A DNA stretch of 64,000 bases, taken from Nitrospirota bacterium (GTDB lineage: Bacteria > Nitrospirota > UBA9217). This document shows positions 1 to 10,522 of this stretch, piece by piece. Both the position numbers and the translations under genes were made by a program. The DNA lies in the NCBI GenBank assembly GCA_963796285.1, contig CAWCKW010000012.1:64001-128000 (forward strand), given 5' to 3'. The notes under the pieces are model-generated. The model saw nothing but the letters and a program-made list of their open reading frames with translations. It did no database searches and was not told where the DNA came from. The stretch's first letter is position 1. Each line of letters starts with the position of its first letter.

Positions 1-1849
1 AAATGATACGCGGCGTTCAAGCGCGCCTTCTCGAGTCGTTCTCACGCCCATGCTTTCGAGTGCCTGCTCGGGCAGGAAGATGTTCTGCGGCAGACGCTGG
101 GGGAACTTGGCATCAACGAGCCCGCCGAGAAAGATCTCCTTCCACGGATGCCCCATGCTTTCCTCAATGCCCAGGACCTGGACTCCGCCCTCATCTTCGG
201 GGGGCACCTGGAACCGGGTGTGCATGAAGGTCTTTTTGAGCAGGAACAGCCATTCGTTGAACGTGCAGGTATATTCCGGAAAGAGGTCGCCGGCCCGGCG
301 AATGGACGCGAGGGCATCGTTCAATTTCCTGTATGCCTGAAGATTGATATTCAAGGGGCCGTGGATCTTGTCCACCCGCGCCGCGAGCCCTGACCAGGCG
401 ATGAGACCGTCAAGGCGCTCCATCCAGAGGGAAAGAGGAGATGCTTCTTTCGCGGTAAACGGGTCGAGTGCAGCGAAAAGGTCCTTCAACGGTCCCGACA
501 GGAGGTCGCTGCCGTCTTCTCTCCCGGCCTGATGCGCGAGCGCGGAGAGCAGCCTGTCCTTGCCGCCGGTTATCCTCCTGTCACGCATGAGCCTGTCGAG
601 TGCCGGGGCGATTGCCGGCTGCTCGCTGAATTTTATAAAGGGGGAACTGAAAATTCTGAGCAGCGATGGTCCGGAGAAGTCTTCCTGGCATGAGCGGAGG
701 AGCGAGACCACCGCGGTTGACACCGGCGAGGTGCCGAGCTGCCTGCCGAGTGCGCGGTTGTACGGGATGCCGTAATCATTGAAAAGCTCTTCCACGAGCG
801 GACCGTATTCGTCGAGCGAGGGAAAGGCCACGAGAATGGAGTCCGGCACAATGCCGTCCTTCAATGACCGTTTCACCATTCCCGCGATCATCGATACCTC
901 CTCGCGGGTATTGATTGTCGAGAGCAGGTTGATCGTTTTTAAAAAGGTCGATGGGGAGGGGGCATTCAGCGCCGTCACAGCGAACGGTACGTCCGAGAAC
1001 ACGGTTGATGCAAGGAACCGGTCGTCGCTGTTCATGCCGGCACGGTCAGCTACCGGTTTGATCCCGACGGCTGAGATGAAGTCTTTCGTTATCCTGAGAG
1101 GGTGGGACTCCCCAGCAGCCTTCAAGCAGGTCCGGCGATGGCGCATCCACGAGATAGGCGCAGTTGCCGCATGCAACCATCTTTCGCAGAATGTCCGCTT
1201 CAAGCCTGCCCGTGTCCTGGATCCCGTCGATGACGATCCGGGAATAGCGTGCGAGCCATGCGGGGTCGAAGCGGTCGCGCAGGTGGGCGCGCATCCCTGC
1301 CGGGTCCGTCAGGCCGCGCGTCTCCAGGAAGGCCGTATATCTGGTATAAACATCGATAAGCAGGTTGACCTGGGGCTTGTCGAAAAACTCGGCGTCCTTG
1401 ATCTTGAGGGATAGGTCACCGGGCATCACGCCTGCCGCGGATAGTTGTTCGATCATCTTCGCGAGCGCGGCAGAGAGAGATGGAGCGAGCAGGTCCGGAC
1501 TCTGATTGAAAAGAGGACCGTTGATGAGGCGCTCCTTGACCAGGCCCTCGAGCAGGTACAATCTGCTGTTCTCGTCCATGAGCCGCGGGCCATTGAGGCT
1601 GGCGTAGAGCTTCTCGAAGAACTGATGGAGTGTCTGGATCTCGGGCTGAACGAGCGCGGACGAACCTTTGCTCTGAACGAGTTCGAGGAACAGCCTGCCG
1701 TACGTCCGCTTCATGCGGGACGAGGGCACGAGGATAAGAACATCGTTATAGATAAACGGAGGCGCGTTTCTGGATGCAATAAGTTCCTCCAGAATGCGGG
1801 TTTTCCCGGTCCAGCCCGCGTCCCCGTATGGCAGCATGATGCATTTCAT
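1..1849 (-). CDS. AddB/RexB-like (helicase/nuclease subunit B-type) DNA repair protein, 3' end outside window; apparent frameshift near 1125
   Basis: ORF 1046..1849 has a degenerate P-loop (GDAGWTGKT), LILVPS and IVIDG motifs. After an apparent extra base near 1125 another frame continues (EEVSMIAGMVK...YGIPYN...GGVQVLG...IFLGGLVDAKFP) to near position 1. Confidence 0.7.
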
Positions 1850-2022
1850 CGCCTAATGATTATGCCACAAGTCCTGTAAATAGACAATGCTTTCGAAATC
1901 AGTGATAATAGTGATTATATGAACCGCGAGGAATTGATGAAAGATCATGCCGGACTTTTAACCACGAAGTAAAAATTATTGACAATAATTAGTGCATGGT
2001 CTATTATTGAAACAACTGTTAT

Positions 2023-2220
2023 ATGCAGTATCGAATCACGGAAAATAGATGTACCGGATGCGGAACCTGTCTGGATGTGTGTCCTACCGAGGCGATCAAG
2101 ATACAGGACGGGCGTGCGGTCATTACGATGGAATGTATCGACTGCGGCGCCTGTCCGCGAGTCTGCCCCGAAGGCGCGATCAAGAAGTTGCTTCCCGCGT
2201 CTGTCAAAAATTCACGTTAA
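2023..2220 (+). CDS. 2x[4Fe-4S] ferredoxin
   Basis: Two CxxCxxCxxxCP motifs (CTGCGTCLDVCP, CIDCGACPRVCP). Confidence 0.9.
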   Translation: MQYRITENRCTGCGTCLDVCPTEAIKIQDGRAVITMECIDCGACPRVCPEGAIKKLLPASVKNSR

Positions 2221-2241
2221 AACGGTTCTAAGGAGGTTGAG

Positions 2242-2565
2242 ATGGCTGAAGCGGTGACGAGTGCAACATGGGAGCAGGAAGTGCTGAAGGCATCGGAGCT
2301 TGTGCTGGTGGATTTTTGGGCTGTCTGGTGCGGGCCGTGCAGGATGGTTGCGCCGATCGTTGACGAGATCGCGAAGGAATACGAGGGCAAGCTAAAGGTC
2401 AGGAAGCTGAACACGGACGAGAACCCGGACATCGCCGGCAAGTACCGCATCATGGGCATCCCGACCCTCATGTTCTTTAAGGGCGGACAGACCGTGGACC
2501 AGGTGGTCGGCGCTGTGCCCAAAGCCCAGCTCAAAACCAAGGTGGACACACTGCTCGCGAAATAG
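2242..2565 (+). CDS. trxA: thioredoxin
   Basis: WCGPC active site, 107 aa, AGGAGG RBS. Confidence 0.95.
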   Translation: MAEAVTSATWEQEVLKASELVLVDFWAVWCGPCRMVAPIVDEIAKEYEGKLKVRKLNTDENPDIAGKYRIMGIPTLMFFKGGQTVDQVVGAVPKAQLKTKVDTLLAK

Positions 2566-2685
2566 GCGGGGTCTGTGCGTGGCCGGATGCCGCTATGAGC
2601 AAAAGAAAATATATTGTCGTCTGGTCGACTGCCCGTCTTTGGCGGGCAGTTTTTATTTGACCTTCTTTGTGAAAAGGAGCTGTAA

Positions 2686-3177
2686 ATGTTGAAGAGATTC
2701 GTCATTCCAGCCATCGTGGTCATGGCGTTGGCAGCCGGGTGCACTGACAAAGGCGCGCAGCCGGGCTCTCCCGCTGCTCCCGATTTTACTCTCCAGGACA
2801 TGAGCGGGAAAACCGTCAAACTGTCGGACCAAAAAGGCAAGGTAGTGCTGCTTGAGTTCTGGGCCACCTGGTGCCCCCCCTGCCGCGCGGCTGTCCCGGG
2901 TCTTGAACAATTGCACAAGGCGTATAAGGACAAGGGATTAGTGGTGCTCGCCGTGTCAATGGACCAGGGCGGTTGGGACGAGGTCAAGTCGTTTGTCGCT
3001 GAGAAGCATATTACCTACACAGTCCTGAAAGGGACCGATACGATCGGGGAACAATACCAGGTGCGATCGATCCCCATGACGCTGCTACTGAATAAAGAAG
3101 GCAAGGTATTCAGGCGGTATCTGGGCATGGGCAGCGACGAGGAACTGGAAAAGGACGTCAAAGCCGTTTTGCAATGA
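2686..3177 (+). CDS. TlpA/ResA-family thiol-disulfide oxidoreductase lipoprotein
   Basis: Lipobox LAAGC, APDFTL, FWATWCPPC. Confidence 0.9.
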   Translation: MLKRFVIPAIVVMALAAGCTDKGAQPGSPAAPDFTLQDMSGKTVKLSDQKGKVVLLEFWATWCPPCRAAVPGLEQLHKAYKDKGLVVLAVSMDQGGWDEVKSFVAEKHITYTVLKGTDTIGEQYQVRSIPMTLLLNKEGKVFRRYLGMGSDEELEKDVKAVLQ

Positions 3178-3474
3178 AATGAGTGCCATCCGCAACACTC
3201 ACCGGTATATAGTTGATCCTGAACCTTTCACAATTGACAAAGTTGTATAAAGCCCTATCTCACACAGCCAAAGTCACAAAGAGGTAATCCCTTAAGGGAT
3301 CGATTTAAATCTCTTCGTGATCTCTGTGTCTCAGTGTGGCCCTCTTCTTGGCCACCGTGTGAAAATTGTCTTTTTTTGTGTCATTACAGTTGTCTCTCTC
3401 AACAATCAAAGCAATTCGCTGTTTCAATCATAAATATGCCGTTGGCATGATAACGGACATTATTGTTTTCGGGG

Positions 3475-3503
3475 TTGACAACACGCGGGCCCGTCGCTAT
3501 AAT
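3475..3503 (+). promoter_or_regulatory. sigma70 promoter of tRNA-Gly
   Basis: Consensus TTGACA-17 nt-TATAAT ending 14 nt before the tRNA. Confidence 0.9.
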
Positions 3504-3517
3504 GACTTTCAAAAAAA

Positions 3518-3593
3518 GCGGGCGTAGCTCAGTTGGTAGAGTACAAGCTTCCCAAGCTTGGTGTCGCGGGTTCGAATCCCGTCGCCCGCTCCA
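3518..3593 (+). tRNA. tRNA-Gly (CCC)
   Basis: GCGGGCG acceptor stem, D arm, CAAGC-TTCCCAA-GCTTG anticodon arm, GGTTCGAATCC T arm, encoded CCA; 76 nt. Confidence 0.97.
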
Positions 3594-3704
3594 AAAATAA
3601 GACGACAGAGAGCGGAATACAGACAATAGCCGGCAGGCATCATGAGAAAAAATAAATTCCAGTCTGTCGTCTGCGTCAGTGCTCCGCATATTTGAAGAGT
3701 TTGA

Positions 3705-3735
3705 CCCCTCCTGATAAAGCAGGCGGGGCTTTTTT
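3705..3735 (+). terminator. intrinsic terminator downstream of tRNA
   Basis: CCCCTCCTG/CAGGCGGGG hairpin followed by a T run. Confidence 0.7.
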
Positions 3736-3758
3736 GTCCACAGAACCATCGCGCTATC

Positions 3759-4280
3759 ATGTCTAACAAAATATACTTCATCACCGGCGGGGCACGGTCC
3801 GGGAAGTCGGCATTTGCGGAGAAGCTGGCGAACGGCCTGACGGGTCAGCGGGCGTACCTCGCCACGGCGCAGGCGCTCGATCCCGAGATGGCCGCGAGGA
3901 TAGAGAAGCACCGCAAAGACCGCGGCATTGCGTGGGACACCTATGAGGAACCGCTTGCGGTGGCGGAGCTGCTGAAGAAGCTTTCCGGCCGCTATGACGT
4001 GGTGCTTCTCGACTGCCTCACCCTCTGGCTGAGCAACGTCATGGCCCACACGGATGGCGACAGTGCTGTCTCGTCCCGCGCGGATGAACTCGTGACAGCG
4101 CTGCAGGATTTTGGCGGCGCCTGCATCATTGTGTCCAATGAGGTGGGGCTTGGCATCGTGCCGGACAACCCCCTTGCAAGAAAGTTCCGCGACCTTGCGG
4201 GCATGCTGAACCAGAAAGTGGCGCGTTTTGCCGATGAAGTGTATTTTACCGCGTCGGGAATTCCGGTGAAGATTAAATAA
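3759..4280 (+). CDS. cobU: adenosylcobinamide kinase / adenosylcobinamide-phosphate guanylyltransferase
   Basis: ITGGARSGKS, DCLTLWLSN, VSNEVGLGIVP, FRDLAG motifs. Confidence 0.95.
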   Translation: MSNKIYFITGGARSGKSAFAEKLANGLTGQRAYLATAQALDPEMAARIEKHRKDRGIAWDTYEEPLAVAELLKKLSGRYDVVLLDCLTLWLSNVMAHTDGDSAVSSRADELVTALQDFGGACIIVSNEVGLGIVPDNPLARKFRDLAGMLNQKVARFADEVYFTASGIPVKIK

Positions 4281-4308
4281 TGGGTCATGGGTCAGGGGTC
4301 AAGGGTCA
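4281..4308 (+). repeat. heptamer tandem repeat (nGGGTCA)x4
   Basis: TGGGTCA TGGGTCA GGGGTCA AGGGTCA directly before the four-helix-bundle remnant. Confidence 0.85.
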
Positions 4309-4466
4309 TGGAAAAGGAGACAAGAGGATTCAGGCAGTTGACCGTGTGGCAGAAAGCATATGAATTAACCTTAGATGTCTATCGGTTTACGAAGACATTC
4401 CCGAAAGGTGAACCGTATGGTTTGATATCACGAGTACAACGCGCTGTTGTTTCTATCCCGGCCTAA
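4308..4466 (+). pseudogene. truncated four-helix-bundle (23S rRNA intervening-sequence protein family) gene
   Basis: Translates [52 protein letters not shown] and stops where the conserved NIAEG normally follows. Confidence 0.8.
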
Positions 4467-4495
4467 ATATAATTTGCAGAACGAGGAGATTATCA

Positions 4496-5572
4496 ATGAG
4501 CAAACTCAAGGAAATACTGAAACAGATCCAACCTGTCGACACAGCGCGCACTAATGCGGTCCAGGCGCAGCTCGATAACCTTACGAAGCCGCAGGGGAGC
4601 CTCGGCCGGCTCGAAGAACTCGCCAGGAAATACTGTCTTATCACGGGCAGGGACAAGCCGACGATCCGGAACAAGATCATCTTTACTTTTGCCGGCGATC
4701 ATGGAGTGACCGAGGAGGGTGTCAGCGCATTCCCCAAAGAGGTAACGCCCCAGATGGTCCTCAACTTCATCCGCGGCGGCGCCGCGGTGAATGTGCTTGC
4801 AAAGCATGTTGGCGCACGGGTGATCGTGGTGGACATGGGCGTTGATCACGATTTCGAGCCCATGGATGGGCTGGAGATCAGAAAGATCGGGCGCGGCACA
4901 CGGAACATGACCAAGGGCCCGGCCATGACGCGCGACGAAGCGGAGCGGGCAGTGCTTGCCGGCGTCGAACTGGTGGAAAAATATAAAGAAGGCCTCGATC
5001 TGCTCGGGACGGGGGACATGGGCATCGGGAACACGACGCCGTCATCGGCGATCGTCTCCGTGATCACGGGCACGGACGCGGGAAACGTCACGGGCCGCGG
5101 CACGGGCATCGATGACCGCTCTCTCCAGAACAAGGTAGCGATCATCAAGAGAGCGATCGCGATGAACGATCCGGACCCCAAAGACGCACTCGACGTGCTC
5201 GCCAAAGTCGGCGGATACGAGATCGCGGGCATCGCTGGTCTTGTGCTCGGCGCAGCCCTGTACCGGATCCCGGTGGTTATCGACGGGTTCATCTCGACCG
5301 CGGGCGCGCTCATTGCCGCGGAACTGAACCCCCTGGTCAAAGGATACATGATCGCCGCGCACCAGTCCGTGGAGATCGGCCACCGGAAGATGCTTGAACA
5401 TCTGGAACAGGTACCGCTCCTTGATCTGAACCTCAGGCTCGGGGAAGGTACAGGCGCCGCCCTCGGAATGTCGCTCGTTGAAGCAGGCGTGAAGATCCTC
5501 GGCGAGATGGCGACGTTCGCGGATGCGGGCGTAGCGGAGAAGAGCGAAAGTGAGAAGGTGGGAAGCAACTAA
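4496..5572 (+). CDS. cobT: nicotinate-nucleotide:dimethylbenzimidazole phosphoribosyltransferase
   Basis: [37 protein letters not shown]. Confidence 0.95.
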   Translation: MSKLKEILKQIQPVDTARTNAVQAQLDNLTKPQGSLGRLEELARKYCLITGRDKPTIRNKIIFTFAGDHGVTEEGVSAFPKEVTPQMVLNFIRGGAAVNVLAKHVGARVIVVDMGVDHDFEPMDGLEIRKIGRGTRNMTKGPAMTRDEAERAVLAGVELVEKYKEGLDLLGTGDMGIGNTTPSSAIVSVITGTDAGNVTGRGTGIDDRSLQNKVAIIKRAIAMNDPDPKDALDVLAKVGGYEIAGIAGLVLGAALYRIPVVIDGFISTAGALIAAELNPLVKGYMIAAHQSVEIGHRKMLEHLEQVPLLDLNLRLGEGTGAALGMSLVEAGVKILGEMATFADAGVAEKSESEKVGSN

Positions 5573-5795
5573 GGGCTTCTCTTCTTTTGAAAAAGCAAAA
5601 AAGTAAACTTTTTTGGCATTGATTTACCCCTGAAGAGTTGACAAGCCCGAACGGGGTGAACGCGGATCGAATTATGAAGCGTCATGTCTTTTCATAGGGA
5701 CAATCCGCTGTAATCCGTGTCAAGAACGTTGACCTGGCTTATCCTGGTTCCAGTTTGTCCGGACTTGAAAGGTCCGCAAAGGCGGTTAACGAGCT

Positions 5796-6566
5796 ATGCT
5801 TAAAAATTTCATCACCGCGCTGCAATTTCTTACCATTGTCACCGTGAAGAAGGACCACGACGTCGCGGAAGGGGATCTGGCGAAGTCCATGGTCTATTTC
5901 CCTTTGGTCGGTTTTCTGATCGGATTTCTTCTGGTCAACGCGGACAAGGTGTTCGCCCTGATCGCCCTGCCCCAGCCCATTGCCACGTTCCTGCTTATCA
6001 TTATCTCGGTCATCATCACGCGGGCCATTCATATCGACGGCTTGGCCGATACACTCGACGGATTGATGGGTGGAAGCGATCATTCCTCCCGGCTTGCCAT
6101 CATGAAGGACAGCAGGCTTGGGACTGCCGGGGCTGTCGGAATCGTCTCCATTCTGTTCATGAAATATCTGTGCCTCAACAGCCTCTATGAAAGCGACAGG
6201 ATCGGCGCCCTGCTCGTTGCACCGGTGGTGGCGCGATGGTCGCAGACGCTCATGGTGTTCAACGCTGAATACGGACGCGAGAACGGCATGGGCAAGGTTT
6301 TCGTAGGACATCTCAGGTCAAGCGGCCTGGCCGCCACTTCCGCCCTGGCCATCGGTTTGTCGGCATTCGTGGTCGTGCGGCTGGACGCGCGTTCCATTCT
6401 TCTTTTCTTCATCCTGATCTGCGGCGTTGTGCTGCTTACGTATCTCGGGAAGCGTTACCTTGTCCGAAAACTCGGCGGGGTGACAGGAGACGCGATCGGA
6501 GCGATGAGCGAACTGAACGAGGTGCTTGTGACCCTCCTCTTTGTGATATTCTCGAGCGGAACGTAG
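5796..6566 (+). CDS. cobS: adenosylcobinamide-GDP ribazoletransferase (cobalamin synthase)
   Basis: HIDGLADTLDG, IMKDSRLG, GGVTGD motifs; multi-pass membrane protein. Confidence 0.93.
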   Translation: MLKNFITALQFLTIVTVKKDHDVAEGDLAKSMVYFPLVGFLIGFLLVNADKVFALIALPQPIATFLLIIISVIITRAIHIDGLADTLDGLMGGSDHSSRLAIMKDSRLGTAGAVGIVSILFMKYLCLNSLYESDRIGALLVAPVVARWSQTLMVFNAEYGRENGMGKVFVGHLRSSGLAATSALAIGLSAFVVVRLDARSILLFFILICGVVLLTYLGKRYLVRKLGGVTGDAIGAMSELNEVLVTLLFVIFSSGT

Positions 6567-6570
6567 GATC

Positions 6571-7166
6571 ATGCCGACCACGGTTTATCTGATGCGCCAC
6601 GGCGAGGTAACGAACAACGGCGAGAAGCGCTATAACGGCCACATCGACATCGATATCACGCAGAAGGGCGTCGATCAGATGCACCGGCTCGCGGGGCTGC
6701 TCGAAGGCAAAGGCATCGTCGCGGTCTATTCGAGCGATCTCATACGCTCGCAGAAGGGCGCCGAGATCATCTCACGCCGCGTCGGCATTTCCTCCACCCC
6801 GCTCCGTGAACTCCGGGAGCGGAGCGTGGGCGCGTGGGAAGGGCTGACCGCGGACGAGATCAAGGACCGCTTTCCCGGGCAATACGCGGCATGGCGGGAG
6901 GACCTGCTCAATTACCGCCCGCCCGGAGGAGAGTGTCTCGTCGATGTAAGCGCGCGGATACTGCCGGTGTTCAAACGGCTGGTAGGATCCCATCCGGATC
7001 AGGAGATCGCGATGCTCCTCCATGGCGGCGTTAACCGGGTCATTCTGGCAGACGCCCTCGGTATGGACCTGATGAACCTGTTCCGGATCGACCAAGCCTT
7101 CGGTGCACTCAATATCATCGATTATCATGACGCGGCATGGCCGTGGTCAAACTGCTGAACGGGTAA
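6571..7166 (+). CDS. cobC: alpha-ribazole phosphatase (histidine phosphatase family); probable indel near 7130
   Basis: RHG motif, SSDL, HGG; cob operon context. An alternative frame gives a more typical end GMAVVKLLNG* at 7166. Confidence 0.85.
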
Positions 7167-7192
7167 AGTGCCGCAACGGGCCGCAAAAAATA

Positions 7193-7221
7193 TTGACATT
7201 GGTCCTGTCGTGCAGTATTGT
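7193..7221 (+). promoter_or_regulatory. sigma70 promoter of thi operon
   Basis: TTGACA-17 nt-TATTGT upstream of the riboswitch. Confidence 0.75.
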
Positions 7222-7234
7222 ACCGACACAGAAT

Positions 7235-7316
7235 GCTGGGGGAGCCGATCGGCTGAGAGTCCTTTGAAGGACGACCCTTAGAACCTGATCCGGGTAGTGC
7301 CGGCGTAGGGAAGGCG
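7235..7316 (+). ncRNA. TPP riboswitch aptamer
   Basis: GGGGAGCC...GGCTGAGA...GACCCTTAGAACCTGATCCGGGTAGTGCCGGCGTAGGGAAG consensus upstream of thiS. Confidence 0.95.
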
Positions 7317-7342
7317 AGTATATCACCATCGAAAACCTTTCG

Positions 7343-7369
7343 AGCCGTATCTTCCGGATACGGCTTTTT
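7343..7369 (+). terminator. riboswitch expression-platform terminator
   Basis: AGCCGTATC-TTCCG-GATACGGCT followed by a T run. Confidence 0.85.
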
Positions 7370-7424
7370 GCGTTCTGGAAGGTGTTACCCCTTTTGTCTG
7401 CAGTGACAGCAGGAGGAAGAGAGA

Positions 7425-7673
7425 ATGACCATCACCCTGAATGGCGAAAAAAAACAGATGCCGGACAACATCACGGTCCTTGGTCTGCTGGAGTTCCTGA
7501 AGATCGAGCGCCAGCGCGTGGCCGTGGAACTGAACAGGGAGATCGTGAAGAAGGACGTTTACAATACGACACCTGTCAAGGAAGGCGACAGCCTGGAGGT
7601 CGTAAGCTTTATGGCGGGAGGGTGTGGCGCCATCGGCGCAATTGAAAATTGGAGATTGGAAATTGGAAATTGA
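7425..7673 (+). CDS. thiS: sulfur carrier protein ThiS with a C-terminal extension past GG
   Basis: ITLNGE, VAVELNREIV, EGDSLEVVSFMAGG; thi operon position. Confidence 0.9.
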   Translation: MTITLNGEKKQMPDNITVLGLLEFLKIERQRVAVELNREIVKKDVYNTTPVKEGDSLEVVSFMAGGCGAIGAIENWRLEIGN

Positions 7674-7694
7674 ATAATAAGGATGGGCTTCAGT

Positions 7695-8474
7695 ATGACG
7701 GACGACAAACTGGTAATTGCCGGCATTGAATTCAACTCCCGGCTCTGGGTCGGCACCGGGAAATACAAGGACTTTGCTGAAACGAAAAAGGCCATCGAGG
7801 CCTCGGGCGCGGATGTGGTGACCGTATCGGTCCGGCGGGTGAACATCATCGACAAAGGCAAGGAGAACCTGCTCGATTATATCGACCCGAAGAAGTACAA
7901 GATCCTTCCGAACACCGCGGGCTGCTACACGGCAAAGGACGCGATCCGCACCGCCATGCTCGCTGCCGAGGCGGGCATCTCGAAGCTCGTAAAGCTCGAA
8001 GTGATCGGTGACGAGAAGACCCTGTTCCCGGACAACGAGGCGACGCTCGAGGCAGCGAAGGTGCTGATCAAGGAGGGGCTGATCGTGCTGCCCTATGTGA
8101 GCGATGACCCGATCATGGCCAAGAAGCTCGTTGCTGTCGGCTGCCCCGCGGTCATGCCGCTTGCCGCGCCGATCGGTTCAGGCCTCGGCATCAGGAACCC
8201 CTATAATCTCCGGATCATCATGGAAACCGTGAAGGTCCCGATCATCGTCGACGCGGGAGTGGGTACGGCCTCCGATGTTGCGCTTGCCATGGAGCTGGGG
8301 TGCGACGCGGTGCTGCTGAACACGGCGATCGCCGGGGCAAAGGACCCGGTCTCGATGGCCGAGGCCATGAAGTACGGCGTGTTTGCCGGCCGTCTCGCAT
8401 ACAAGGCGGGGAGGATCCCGAAGAAGCTCTATGCCACGGCCAGCAGCCCGATCGAGGGGATGATAGGAAGTTAA
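7695..8474 (+). CDS. thiG: thiazole synthase
   Basis: [43 protein letters not shown]. Confidence 0.97.
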   Translation: MTDDKLVIAGIEFNSRLWVGTGKYKDFAETKKAIEASGADVVTVSVRRVNIIDKGKENLLDYIDPKKYKILPNTAGCYTAKDAIRTAMLAAEAGISKLVKLEVIGDEKTLFPDNEATLEAAKVLIKEGLIVLPYVSDDPIMAKKLVAVGCPAVMPLAAPIGSGLGIRNPYNLRIIMETVKVPIIVDAGVGTASDVALAMELGCDAVLLNTAIAGAKDPVSMAEAMKYGVFAGRLAYKAGRIPKKLYATASSPIEGMIGS

Positions 8475-8529
8475 AAGCCGCTAGCGCGGACCAGGAGGCG
8501 CGTGCTTTACCAGATGAAAGGAATTCGTT

Positions 8530-9186
8530 TTGCCCGTTGATTTCAAACTCTATCTCATCACTGACCGGAAACAGGTGAACATGCCCCTGGTCGCCGCAAT
8601 CAGGCTGGCTCTCGAAGGCGGCGTACGGGCAGTCCAACTGAGGGAGAAGGACCTGCCGGTCAGGGAACTGCTCGCCTTGTCACAGGAAATGAGAGCTTTG
8701 ACGAACGAGTTCGGGGCCAGGTTATTCATCAACGACCGCGTTGATGTGGCGGTCGCGGTAAATGCGGACGGTGTACACCTCGGCCATCAGAGTATGCCGG
8801 TTGAGGCGGTCCGGAGGGTAGTTGGCAACAATATGCTTATCGGCGTATCGACCCATGATCTCGCGGAGGCCAAAGCTGCAGAGGCCGGAGGGGCGGATTT
8901 CATAACCTTTGGACCTATATTCGAGACACCCTCAAAGGCTAAACTGGGCAATCCAGTGGGAGTAGAAGTTATTAAAGAGGTTAAATGTGGTATTAATATA
9001 CCATTTTATGCCCTTGGTGGGATAAAAAGTGGGAATATAATGAAAGTCCTCTATGCAGGGGCTAGTGGTGTGGCAATGATATCCACCATTTTGTCCGCAG
9101 AAGATATCAAGAGGGCTGCAAGCAAACTTAGTGAATTAATAACTTTCTGTGACAAGGTCATATGTCAATCTTGTATTGCGCGCTAA
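8530..9186 (+). CDS. thiE: thiamine-phosphate synthase
   Basis: LYLITD, VQLREKD, INDRVD, GVHLG, GVSTH, GPIFETPSK, ALGGI. Confidence 0.93.
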   Translation: MPVDFKLYLITDRKQVNMPLVAAIRLALEGGVRAVQLREKDLPVRELLALSQEMRALTNEFGARLFINDRVDVAVAVNADGVHLGHQSMPVEAVRRVVGNNMLIGVSTHDLAEAKAAEAGGADFITFGPIFETPSKAKLGNPVGVEVIKEVKCGINIPFYALGGIKSGNIMKVLYAGASGVAMISTILSAEDIKRAASKLSELITFCDKVICQSCIAR

Positions 9187-9221
9187 TCACAGCATCAGGC
9201 AGAATTTAGGCGAGGTGTAAA

Positions 9222-10520
9222 ATGACACAAATACTCGAAGCGCGAAAAGGCAACATGACCCCCGAGATGGAGGCAGTGGCCAGGGCCGAAGGTGTGAGTG
9301 CCGGACATATCCTGACGGGCATCGCAAATGGCACCATCGTCATCACCAGGAACAACCGGCATACGTCGATCTCCCCGCTCGGAATCGGCAAGGGGCTCAG
9401 GACCAAGGTCAATGCGAATATCGGCACATCCAAAGACCGGATGTCGATCGATGATGAGATCGCGAAGCTCAAGGTCGCCGTGGCGGCCGGCGCGGACGCG
9501 GTCATGGACCTCTCGACCGGCGGCCCGATCATCGAGATCCGCAAGGAGATCCTGAAGCAGTCCACTGTTGCCATCGGCACCGTGCCGATCTACCAGGCCG
9601 CGGTCGAGACCGTGGCCCAGGGGAAATCCATCGTGCAGATGGACCCGGAACTCCTGTTCCGCGTGATCGAGGAGCAGGCCGAAGAGGGCGTGGACTTCGT
9701 GACCGTGCACTGCGGCGTGACCATCTCGAGCGTGGAGCGGCTGAAGCGCCAGGGCAGGATCATGGACGTAGTGAGCCGCGGGGGCGCGTTCCACCTCGAA
9801 TGGATCGTTGTGAATGGAAAGGAGAACCCGCTCTATACGCAGTACGACCGGTTGATCGAGATCTGCAAGAAGTATGACATGACGCTTTCGCTCGGCGACG
9901 GCATGCGGCCGGGTTGTCTTGCCGATGCCACGGACCGGGCGCAGATCGAAGAGCTGATCACCCTCGGTGAGCTGCGCGACCATGCGCACGATGCAGGCGT
10001 CCAGGTGATGATCGAGGGGCCGGGCCATGTGCCGATCAACCAGGTCGAGACCAACATCAAGATCCAGAAGGAACTGTGCAAGGGCGCCCCGTTCTATGTG
10101 CTCGGGCCGCTCGTGACGGACGTGGCGCCGGGATACGACCACATCACATCGGCCATCGGAGGCGCGATCGCCGGCGCGGCCGGCGCGGACTTCCTCTGTT
10201 ATGTTACCCCGTCCGAACATCTGCGTCTGCCGGACCTCGAGGATGTCCGCGAGGGGGTCATCACATCGCGCATCGCGGCGCACGCGGCCGACATTGCCAA
10301 AGGCGTCAAGGGGGCGATGGACTGGGACAACGAGATGGCGCGACGGCGCAAGGCACTCGACTGGAAAGGCCAGATCGAGCTTTCGATCAACCCGGAACGG
10401 GCCCGCAAGCTGCGCGAGTCAAGCCTGCCGAAAGAATCCGACGTCTGCACCATGTGCGGTGAGTTTTGCTCCATGAAGGGCGTGAGCAAATATCTCAAAA
10501 AAGATGAGGCGAGGCGGTAG
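9222..10520 (+). CDS. thiC: phosphomethylpyrimidine synthase
   Basis: KVNANIGTS, MDLSTGG, SLGDGMRPG, C-terminal CTMCGEFC. Confidence 0.97.
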   Translation: MTQILEARKGNMTPEMEAVARAEGVSAGHILTGIANGTIVITRNNRHTSISPLGIGKGLRTKVNANIGTSKDRMSIDDEIAKLKVAVAAGADAVMDLSTGGPIIEIRKEILKQSTVAIGTVPIYQAAVETVAQGKSIVQMDPELLFRVIEEQAEEGVDFVTVHCGVTISSVERLKRQGRIMDVVSRGGAFHLEWIVVNGKENPLYTQYDRLIEICKKYDMTLSLGDGMRPGCLADATDRAQIEELITLGELRDHAHDAGVQVMIEGPGHVPINQVETNIKIQKELCKGAPFYVLGPLVTDVAPGYDHITSAIGGAIAGAAGADFLCYVTPSEHLRLPDLEDVREGVITSRIAAHAADIAKGVKGAMDWDNEMARRRKALDWKGQIELSINPERARKLRESSLPKESDVCTMCGEFCSMKGVSKYLKKDEARR

Positions 10521-10522
10521 TC

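Noticed and set aside
3518-3593. Prophage or island integrated at tRNA-Gly
   Set aside because: No integrase nearby and no duplicated tRNA 3' end was seen in the window.
3594-3758. Cobalamin riboswitch upstream of cobU
   Set aside because: The conserved GGGAA, ACTGT and B12-box elements could not be found in the right order.
3399-4049. Minus-strand ORFs overlapping the tRNA
   Set aside because: Antisense translations of tRNA-Gly and cobU.
7153-7166. cobC ending TGC-TGA as a Cys-Sec tail
   Set aside because: Better explained by an upstream indel, since the alternative frame gives a normal cobC end.
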